A DNA stretch of 64,000 nt from Magallana gigas (lineage: Eukaryota). The notes below the pieces were generated by a model. It was not told where the DNA came from. It was given only the letters and a program-made list of their open reading frames with translations, and ran no database searches. Position 1 is the first letter of the stretch; the number at the start of each line of letters is the position of its first letter. The position numbers were made by a program, and so were the translations under genes. Where the stretch lies: the NCBI RefSeq assembly GCF_963853765.1, contig NC_088859.1, positions 1,054,001 through 1,118,000 of the forward strand, read 5' to 3'. Positions 53,985-64,000 of the stretch are shown here, piece after piece.

Positions 53985-54575
53985 AATTCTTCAAATTTTA
54001 GTAGCTGCAGTACTGTAGCTCCACGGGAAATTCGGGTTGACGAACCGTGGAGTCGACAGTTCCATCCATATAAAAAACTGTATATTTAAGGCGCACAAAA
54101 TGTTTCGCATGGTTTCGGACTTATTAAACTAGTACAGGAATATATTCTGTAAATATTTTCATATGAAAGAAATTCTAAGAGATCTTACTGTCTAGTGATT
54201 CACTACTCTATACTTGCCTCAAACATTTTCTTTAACCTCATTAAGGTGGGTAAAATTCACGTCGGGTCCAAGAGACTGAAGAGTCGCTACTTTTACATGT
54301 AGACAAACCGCACCGCTTTTATTGTCGGGACTGGTGAGGATGTTTAAACTATATTCAAAGGAGGATAGAGTACTGACATTTCAAATAAAATGTTTCAGGA
54401 ATTTAAATTATTTAGTAATATGATTTTCACAGAATATATTCCTAAACAATTTATTAAGTCCAAAACCGTGCGCAACTTTTTTTGCGCAATAAATAAGCAT
54501 TGAAACTGTGGCTCCTGGATCCGTCAACCCGAATTTCCCAAAGATGTATATTTCTGCAGCTATAACGTTTTAAAG
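53985..54575. mobile_element. Long-TIR / foldback element
   Basis: gtagctgcag..gggaaattcgggttgacg..ttcggacttattaaa is mirrored by tttattaagtccaaaacc..cgtcaacccgaatttccc..ctgcagctat. Ends are approximate. Confidence 0.65.
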
Positions 54576-55258
54576 TTTTTTATTAAAAAAGATAATGGCA
54601 ACCAACTCTCAATGACGACGACTTTATTTCGCGATCTACTAAAGGTTCACTGGTTTGCACTGTATTTTTGCGATGGACAAAAATCTCATTCAGTTGCAGA
54701 GGACAATCCAGGACTATATCTGATAATTGCTAAAAAATATACATTCGCGACGACAAATTGTTATTGAACATCGCGTATTTTTCTCGCTTGTGAATACAAG
54801 TTAGTTTGAAGCATTTGCATCAAGCTATATTTAACTGGAATTGGGAAAATTTCTTGATTCAGTTCCGAAAACATAGTGTAAGGACCCCAAATTTCTGTTT
54901 TTGTTGGTTGTAGCTATCCTTCAAATGCCACAGCCTGTCAGTATGTTATTTACACAGAGTTTATTTATTTGATACCGTTTTATTTCTACACGCATTTCTA
55001 CAACTGATTATTTCCACAGAACTGATTTACAATTGTCAAAAATCGTTTCATTCGATTTTTAACTACCTGAAATACTGTTATACACGTATATAACATGCAT
55101 TATAATGTTAAAATTGAATCACCTAATATAAGTACTTGTTGTAATATATAATATTCTAAAGAACAGTCCACGCACTAAATATTATTAGTACGATCGATAC
55201 GATCCAATTCATCACATACATTGTATATTTCATCTTTCCAGTACGCATGCGCACATCA

Positions 55259-58200
55259 CTAACAAACGTTTCCGGTTTTTGATGGTCCCTGCACTACGAC
55301 ATGGGGGACATTGATCTGACTGACCCCCATCGTCTCCGTTTTTTGTCCATATTCTGAAACCGAGACTGCAGGCCCTTGCTTGGTAGTAGTCTGACGTAAT
55401 GGCGTGAGTCTGTTCGATTTATGACGTAGTTCCTGTGGCTCCTGTGGTGGCGAGGATTCCGTCTCCCTGTGTTTCAGCTCGTCCCGCTGGAGAAGCTTCT
55501 CGCCGAGAGACTTACAGGGCATAGTCTTATAGAAAGCGATTCGGAACTGCCGATTGGTCCAGAGGTAGATGAGAGGATCCCAAATACACGAAGACTTGGC
55601 CACTACGGCGGGGATGGTGATGATATAGACTGGGATATCCCGGGATTCCCCAATAATGGCCCACACGCTGACGACTGTGTATGGTGTCCAGGACCACAGA
55701 TAGGAAGCTAAAAATACATCATCATCATCATCATCATCGTTTAAATCATCATCATCCTCATCATTATAATTATCATCATTAAAATTGTCATTGGTCATCA
55801 TCATCATTGCTGTCATCATTAGAATCCTCATCAACGTCAAAATAGAAAAATAAGAATCCTGAATGATGGACCTAATTCAAATTTTCGCTAAAACAGAGCA
55901 TGATAATCACACTTACCTAGCATGTAAGCTATTGTTTTAAACATTTTCTTCTCCATCTTGAGGTTTTTTCTAGCAATTCTGCTACTTGTGTCCCAAATGC
56001 CACTTCTAGCAACATGGCGGATCTAGAAAATTTAATTGTAAACATAGTCAACATGTTAATAATATAATGTATATACAATCTAATGATATATTATTTTAAT
56101 GATGTAAATAATACAAAAAATATTAATACAAGATATTCTTTATTTCTTCTATCAGCGGCACTATTCCCCACTTTTTAAAAATTCTACAAATCCTCGTCAA
56201 ACCATATAATTGACAAGACATAAGTAACAACTGAGATTGTCATGGATATACTTTAATATGACTGAGATTGTCAACTATATATGTAAACTTTAGTATTACT
56301 GCGCTAATACAACTGACAATCCTTGCAATCATTCTGAAGTGATTGGGGTATTCTTGTCCAATATTGGGATATTGAGAAACCGGGTACGTAATGGCGACAT
56401 TAAGATATGACTGATTGTGTCTGGGTGAGGTCATCTTCACCATCCCTCATTGACCAGAAAACTTTACAACTGTAACCCAAGAAGACCCGAGCCAATATAC
56501 AGAACACACCGTGTCTTTTGTTCAATGAGCAGAAATAAACGACCATCTAGTGGTATGCTATCTTTTATATCAAACTCGCTTTCCTCCTGTTCTTTTTAAC
56601 AATCCCTGTTCTTTTACTAATATTAATGCTTCCTTTGTTTTTGAATTGTACTTAAGAGAACGTTTGTTACAAAAAAAACACAACCGATTTAGTGTTATAA
56701 TCGGCTCTACGACTTGCTATTAACAGCGCTGGCTTAGTCACTACCTCCACTCCACTTGTTGTCCCCTATTAGTATATGTGATTTCACCTTTTGTGGACTT
56801 AAATGATCATGTTGTACAACACACTTCCCTTTGCTTATGCTGGTAATGGTTGAAATGTAAACGCCATTCCTCAATAGCGCTTACTTCAGCTTCGTTTCCG
56901 CTTAGGTTATATAGCACTTTGCCATTTATATTCAAAAATTCCAAATATTTTAGCATACGAAAGCCGAATATCCTCTTTATTCCGGCCATTGGCTCTGTCA
57001 CCTAATGGAATCGCAATATGGTGTAACATCCTAACGACGATATCCACTCTCTGTAACCTCGAGCCGGGGACCACTTTCTGTAACCACATGACCACTCTTT
57101 GTAACCGGTTTATCTGGAGGTGAACGTGAATTTAGCATAAAATCTTGCGCCGGTTCTGATGAAATGACGCAAAATATCACGATTCGGATTCTTATTTTGT
57201 CATTATTTTGGCTTGCGACATTAATTTCTATAGAATGAAGAGCACGAAAATGTCAGAGGATATAAGGCTTGTCTACTGATAATAAAACGTCAATGAACGC
57301 GCGAATGGGTGATGGTTCAATTAACAAACAATGGTGTATAGTTCCACAGAGTTGTGACGAAATTAAGAAGTTGAATATGAATTTGAAATAGACTGTACAA
57401 TCGTTATTGCAATAGGTGTTATCATGGAATCGACTAGAGGGTCAGCGCTGTATAAATAGTGAACTTATAATAACCATTGAACGTAACTCTTTTTTTTTTT
57501 ATAATAACCAAAATAAAAGTTTAAAGAAAATATCAAATATCTAAATAATACGAAAAACCGTTTTTATATATACCCATCATTTTAAACCGTCTCATGCCAA
57601 AAAATTTTTTTTTATCGTCAAAGTTAAAATTCATTTACATTTTACTGTACATGTCGTGTCTCTACGATTGTATTATATACGTTTATAAATGTACGTAAGT
57701 GTATATATATCGGTTTGATGTACATAACATACCATCAATTTTAAATGTCGTAAGAATGAATAAACAATTTAAGTAGAACTATTTTGAATAAAAATTAGCA
57801 GGATTGGTAGGTGCTAATTGAAATTTTGTTATTCACAAAATCACTGAACATTTCTCAAAGAAATTGACCATAATACTAAATCTCGCTGTAAAGTGTATTT
57901 ATCAATGCCAGAATGTTTTGATTTGTTCCACTGAAAGTCCATTTCACGCAAATGTTAATTAAATTTTCTGTTATGGTCTCATTAATACAAATAAAGGATT
58001 GTCACGGATCCTGCTATAGAAGGAAGTTTTGGCATCATCTCTGACGAGAATTGCCGAGCTATTTCCGTGAGCCTCTATTTGATAGCGCCTCTACATGACA
58101 CGGCACGGACTATTATCATTAAACTCAATTACTGCGGTATTCTTTCGTGTCATACCATTCGGCGGATAAACGAAGGTTTTAATTGAAACAACGAAAGATT

Positions 58201-60720
58201 TTAATCAAATCAACCCACTAATTAACGCTTCCAACAGAAAGGAAACACATGCACTTAAAGCTGAAATAAATTGTTTCAGAATACAATATAAAATCTTCAT
58301 GTATACAAATGGAAAATTTCTTCCAACCACTTTTTTGTTCAGATAATATGAATATGAAATAGAGCCTTCCAGACCTCCGTAAGAGAGTGAAGATATAAGG
58401 CCTTCGACATTATATAAATAGTGCCTGTTTGGTAGGGTAACAGTTGAAATTGACACCCCGAGAAAACCATTGTTAACCAGGTTGACAATGGTTTACGAGG
58501 GGGTGTCAAATTCAACTGCTACCCTCCTAAACAGGCACTATTTGTTTCATTAAACTGAATCTCTTAAATTTTAAAGAACATTTTACTGCTTTTATATCAT
58601 CTTCGCTAGCCAAGGGTTTTCGGTCCATGGGGAGCAAAGTGGACCGAAAACCCTTGGCTGGCGAAGATGCTTTTATATACAAATGACTTGAATTCTACGG
58701 CGAACCGTACACGCATAATTTACGCGCATATAACAATTCGTTTTGCTACCCGTTGCCAAGTGTGTTGCTGACGCTAAGGGTAATAGTATATAAATAGTGC
58801 CTGTTTGGGAGGGTAACAGTTGAAATTGACACCCCGAGAAAACCATTGTCAACCGACGCGAAGCGGAGATTGACAATGGTTTTCTCGGGGTGTCAATTTC
58901 AACTGTTACCCTCCCAAACAGGCACTATTTATTTTGTTATACTGAATGTCTTTTTTAAAATTTTTAAGAAAATTTTACTGCTTTTATATAGGAATAACGT
59001 GAATTCTACAGCGAACCGTACGCGCATAATTTTCGCGCATGTAACATTTTTTAATGTTACCCGTTGCCAAGTGCGTTGCTAACGCTGAGGGTAATAGTAA
59101 ATATTATTAACTGCGTCTTAACCAATCAGATTTCAGTATTTAACATGAAAGTATAACAAAACGGATTATCAACTGCGTCTAAACCAAACAGATTTTAGTA
59201 TTTAACATGAAAGTATAAAAATAGCGTTTAAAAATTACTTGGAATCAGTACATAACAACGTGTCATTTGACCGTTGGTCTGAGCATTTGGTATTGGCTAT
59301 TTGATTTGTCAGTCATTTGTTTCTGCTGAAGAAGAATCGAAATATATACTTTGTTCAAAAACAAAATACGAAGACGACATAAACAAATAGACATATTCCA
59401 GTTCTGGGTTTTCATACATCCTGTTTACTAGTATCGAATGTCTTTTTTTCTTTTTTTTCAAAATAGGGTAAAACATTTTTGTTCAACAAATTTTTGAAAA
59501 AAATATTTGGTTTTAGTTTCGTTCTCATTCCTATTGTGTTTATTTCAAAAAATGGATTAAGACAGATTTCAGAAATGCTATAATAAAAACAACCGTTTAT
59601 AGATTTAAAGCAAATGTATGGCATGGAATCACGCATTTATACACGCTCTTGCCTTAGTTCAGTATACATTTATTATTCTATTTTTTTTTTACTCCAAAAT
59701 AACAATCCTTCAAATAAGCTCATATATGTGAACACAATTCTACAGTTAATCAATATACAGACAACGAAAAATTAAATTGGACTTGTAATAAGACATATAT
59801 GTATGACATTCGGACAGAACTTTTAGCGGTAAATGTCTTATTTTCCGATTTCAAAAGCCTTACATGTAATAACACCAATTTAAGCATGATCATGACTGGA
59901 ATGACATTCACCGAATCCTAAAACAAAACCAATTGTAAATGCACAAAGAACGAAAAGCGGATTCCATTTTGAATAAAAGTACAGTAATTGAAAAACTCGG
60001 AAAAACAAAACGGCTTCATTTATTTTAACAAACGAGGCAATTAAAAGTTTTATGTTCAAGTAATAATGCAGGAGTGTAACTTACCGTCATGAAGACTCGA
60101 TAGTAAGAGAAAACAATCAGACCCAGTGGAATACACAGGCTCCATATCGTAATGGCAACGTTGTAGCTGGCGGACCCGATCTCCTTCGAGTCCCATTCCA
60201 CGGCACAAGAGGTGCGGGCGGGCTCATACGTGTATTTCCCCCACCCAAAGTGTGGGAAGGAGGCCCAGAGCAGTCCCTGTATCCACACGACCAGAACCGC
60301 GACCACCGCCACACGTTTGGTGACCCTATGGGCGCTGAGAGGCTTAGCAATGACGATATACCTGTCCACAGCAATCACTGCGTGGGTGTACAGATTCGTG
60401 AGTCCCATCAAGTACAGCCAGAACCCCTCGAACACGCAAACCCTGTCCCCCCAGAAGTAGTAGCGATTGAAGTGGGCCACCATCGAAATGAGTGCGACAC
60501 AGCTCATGCCAACATCCCCCAATAAAAGAGAGATCACAAAAATGTTAGTAGGCGATCGCAAATGTTTGTTTTGGGCAAAGACAGCTAGACTTGTGATGTT
60601 CATGAAAGGTCCTAGCGTAACTACTATGAGTAGACCCGACCCTATCACATAATACAGAGGAATCGGGATCGGGTATTTCGAAACTTCAACCTCATTCATC
60701 GTAATATTTAGTAAATCCAT
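55259..60720 (-). CDS. Opsin, probably xenopsin (ciliary-type, Gi/o-coupled), 396 aa, 3 exons
   Basis: Exons 60720-60085, 56022-55917, 55707-55259 (1191 nt, phases 0 and 1 agree). Seven hydrophobic helices, LRSPTN, DRY, disulfide Cys pair, retinal-binding Lys in AKSSCIWDPLIY (codon 55597-55595) and an NRQFR helix-8 motif. The subfamily call is inference. Confidence 0.93.
55717..55840. repeat. Imperfect (CAT/GAT)n microsatellite next to the last opsin acceptor
   Basis: catcatcatcatcatcatcatc.. runs ending about 9 nt before the AG on the minus strand. Confidence 0.9.
58411..59220. mobile_element. Tandem dimer of a hairpin-headed (Helitron/HINE-like) repeat in opsin intron 1
   Basis: Long hairpins aaatagtgcctgtttgg..aaacaggcactattt at 58416-58543 and 58792-58930, each followed by the same gaattctac..gaaccgtac..ttacccgttgccaagtg block. 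Confidence 0.8.
58598..58669. mobile_element. 72-bp hairpin MITE with 9-bp target duplication (Mutator-like)
   Basis: cttttatat|catcttcgctagccaagggttttcggtcca..tggaccgaaaacccttggctggcgaagatg|cttttatat. The second unit of the dimer has the empty site at about 58981. Confidence 0.85.
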
Positions 60721-62444
60721 CGTGCCGTTGTTTCCTGGTGTAGTGTTGTTAAAACAAAAAGCAGCGGTGTTTATTTGAAGTACTTCAGCTGCAATTCCCA
60801 GTGGGTCTCTGGAGCTTACGAACTTGTATTAACAGAAAGCGATAATTAACTTTACTAAGACACCAATATCTAATTGTCCAGGTAAAAGCAATTGTCAATC
60901 TCCTCATTCTCCTTAAGGTTTAAGGGGTGGGCCTAGTGAATCCATCCATTAATTTAGATACACATATACCTAAACTCTAACAAGATTGATGCCGATTGCC
61001 TGGCAAGGTTAGAAGAGCGATGTGTTGCATCAAACTAAGACAAATGCTCTCAATCCGTGAGAATATCGCTTATATATACCACGAATTCATCAGATGCGTA
61101 GGTGAACCATGCAATCTTGTCTCACTCTTGATGGAGAATTTTTTTTTAGTCCAACACAGCAGAGAAATTAGCACCACAGAAGATATGGCATCCAAGAGGT
61201 TTGTGGCTTATGATTCTCTAATGAGACTTCAGACATGTCCGTTCTAATTGCTTATTGTGTGGAACACTGGTTAGCTTCTATCGATAAATTGCTGCCACAA
61301 CTCTCTTACTGTAAGTATCACTGACCGCTAGAATCTGATAAAACTTGAAGACTGTTCATCTTAAAACAGATAATGATAAACGTAGAATAGTTTAACATCG
61401 TAAGATGGCAACTGAATTTCACAGAATAATGAGAAACTACATACGGGTCATCCACGGATACTCATTTTCTCCGGTTTATCCAGGTGAGTGTCAATGTTAA
61501 AACACACTAAACGCGGATTTCACTTAACACTAAACAGTATGAACGGTATTATAACCTCTCTGCAACCCCAGTTGCAATTTATTGACATATATAGAAGTCC
61601 ATAAGCAGCGTAACGACGGCACAGTCCTCATCGATGGGCCTTGGTGACACTCTGCTTATCTTTAAGCAGTGAATGCCACAACAAGATTATCGCAACATTT
61701 GAGAAGAAAATAATAAACATTAAACAATCCAATCAATACATATTCCTGCTATTAGAAACCGTGATGAAATGATTTTATAAAGCTGCCTATCTATATCCTC
61801 TGTGACGTTACCAGAAATTACACGTAGCATTCAAACTCAGTTGAAATGTTAAAGAGTAGTTCTTATGCACTGAAAAAAGTTAATTTTGTTCCCGTTGTGC
61901 ACACAAAGTATCAAAAGTATAAAGAATGTTCTTAACACCGTGTTCGGAGTTAGTCCTACATGCGGATGACCTCGTTCTGCTAATGGAGTAGGCCATAAAT
62001 TTTTTTTATTGCGAATGGAGAATAAATTGTTTTGATAATAATGTGCAGGATACTTATGATACTAGACTGGACTTTTGTAGAATTATAATTCAAGCGTTTG
62101 AATGGGACTTTTTTGTTTACATATGGCCTCTAAATAATATTGGTTTAGAAAAGTATCCTGATTGTATAGCCACTATTGTACATGTATAGTAAGTGTATAG
62201 CCTGTATAGTATAATCAGTGTAATGAAGTACTGACGGGAGTTGATTTTATCGATTATCATTTATTTTAAAATCAACTTATCTTGCATGGCAATAAGTTTC
62301 TAGTCTGTATTTGAATTACGCTTTTTTTATTTATATGAATTTTTAGACTTTTCCGACAAGATTTTCGAGAAACCCCATATGAATCAGGTTGTGTAATATT
62401 TAAAGATAGATTTCAAACTATGTATTAGTAATCGAAACAATTCT

Positions 62445-62860
62445 AAGAATCGTATGGATCCAGGCACTATTGATATAGAACTCTAGTCTTGTTCAACCAG
62501 ACGCTCGGCTGTCTCCGTTTATATCCGACAAGCAAGAGAGCCTCTCTGCTTGTCGGAGATTTACGGAGACAACCGAGCGTCTGGTTGAACGAGACTTTAT
62601 TAAACTCTGGCGTAGGAACACATAAGACTACAAAAATATCTAAATTGTTCGTATCAGATAAAATCTGACTATTTTCAAAGTGTTTATAGATAAATTTCCT
62701 TGAAAAACAATGCTTCAGCATACATTACATCGAATTTTTCTATTATGTTCCAAAACTAAGTCTTGTCAGCGGTGAAGATTTGTGCTTAGGTCCAAACACT
62801 GTTTCACTTCGGTTTGCTAGAGTAACTGTATAGGAGAGTTGATTAAAACCAACTCCCAAT
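62445..62860. mobile_element. Inverted homologue of the 18200-18600 repeat, with a longer (114-bp) version of the hairpin at 62484-62597
   Basis: Flanks tatagaactc / tattaaactc match rc of gagttcaata. The host sequence (ctggcgtaggaa..aagtcttgtcag..ggtccaaacactgtttcact..ggagagttgatt) is the reverse complement of the first copy. Confidence 0.8.
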
Positions 62861-63221
62861 AATACACTGAACTAAAGTTCTAAGTGTTCATTATTACCGG
62901 CTTCATTATAAAGGGTTGAAATAAGTTACAGTCTCCGGGTTGTGCACTTCCTCTCTTTTGTGATTGGTAGAAAAGACCTGATAAGTAAATTTACATTTTT
63001 TTATTGGTTGAAATACTGTTCGACACAAGGGAAATAATTTTGTAATAAGTTTTTTACGTAAGACTTAGCAAATCGCAGATTTCTTATCTAAAGAAGGGAG
63101 AAAACAGAAAAAAACCCAATAAAAATGGCTATGAATGAAACTAAAGCTTTATTTTTTTCAAGTACAACTAGTTAAAGTTGTAATTGCTTTTTTCTTCTTG
63201 TTTTGTTTGTGCTAATACAAA

Positions 63222-64000
63222 CAAAAGCCCATGGGCCACATCGCTCACCTGAGCAACGATAGACATGTTAAATCAGCTTAATAGAGTCATATTAAAAAAT
63301 ATGTGAACAATGTGGTATATTACATGTAGATTCTGTATAAATAAATGTCCATTTCCCCCTTCCCCCTCCTCCCGGATATTATTGTGTTTATGATCCAGTC
63401 CCAGATGATTTTATAGCCATATCACATGTTGAGCATTGCAGTTCTCAAAAAGATCCTAAACAATTGTTTATAAACGGGATATAAACCCACATCACACTCT
63501 GAACCTCTTGTGAGGCCCAAGAATCGTCCAGGGGCTAAAGTCTTAACAATTTTAAAGAATCGGCAATATGTCAAAATGCTTGCATATAAGGAAAATTATA
63601 CATGATAACATTTCAGTTTTTGTGAATAATTTAAATGTTTTCCTTTGTACAACTAGATCCCCAACGTGGCCCCACCCTACTCCTCAAAATTTTGATTTTA
63701 ACGAATTTGAATCCACACTGTTGCTTTTACCTAAGTTACAGTTTTTCTAGGCAAATGGTTTTTTAGGAGATTTTAAGATTTTTCTTTATATATTCCAACG
63801 TAAAAATTTGCCTCCCTCTTGTTGTGACCCCATCCTACCCCCGGGAATCATGATTTGAACAAACTTGAATCTACACAACCTGACGATGCTTCCACACAAG
63901 TATCAGCTTTCTTGGTTGATTAGTTTCTGAGAAGAAGCTTTTAACAAACTGTTCACTATATATCCTATATAAAAATTCGACCCCCAATTGTGGCCCAACC
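63222..64000. mobile_element. HINE with Cg170-like satellite units, running off the window end
   Basis: Terminal aacaaaagcccatgggccacatcgctcacctgag and units with tggccccaccctac / gggaatcatgatttgaacaaacttgaatcta, recognised from memory as the oyster ~166-bp satellite. Degenerate units also occur at about 51000-51350. Confidence 0.7.

Noticed and set aside
47400-55200. Numerous 60-80 aa ORFs in intergenic and intronic DNA across the window
   Set aside because: Low-complexity AT-rich translations with no recognisable motifs or consistent splice structure.
55708-55840. Asp-rich N-terminus of the 193-aa ORF as a separate acidic protein
   Set aside because: Intronic microsatellite read in frame with opsin exon 3.
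60721-61300. Photoreceptor-type homeodomain sites upstream of the opsin
   Set aside because: TAAT cores are expected by chance in AT-rich DNA and no convincing cluster was seen.

Overview
AT-rich, intron-rich animal genomic DNA, most likely an oyster (Crassostrea/Magallana-like), judged from Cg170-type satellite units and Helentron-associated HINE ends recognised from memory. Splice sites were traced by hand and exon phases checked. Four spliced genes: (1) a minus-strand gene, exons 3556 to at least 14723, whose last 17 exons form one continuous ORF with an Nrf1/Ewg-like DNA-binding motif, a possible degenerate OTU-like domain and a C-terminal Ulp1/SENP (C48) protease; (2) a plus-strand 4-exon transmembrane / coiled-coil / IAP-type RING E3 ligase (23454-27079); (3) a complete 30-exon Raptor (RPTOR) gene on the minus strand (31060-47287); (4) a 3-exon opsin, probably a xenopsin, with both Glu113 and Glu181 (55259-60720, minus). 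The first 3.2 kb is a nest of dead elements: a Penelope-like RT fragment, an intron-containing ISL2EU/Harbinger-type transposase and a TTAA-flanked insertion. Many MITEs, foldback elements and HINEs fill introns and intergenic DNA. Four separate Raptor splice junctions have been amplified into tandem arrays, one with 24 donor-bearing copies. There is a 153-N assembly gap at 48449-48601. The most novel-looking items are the DNA-binding/protease gene and the splice-junction minisatellites.
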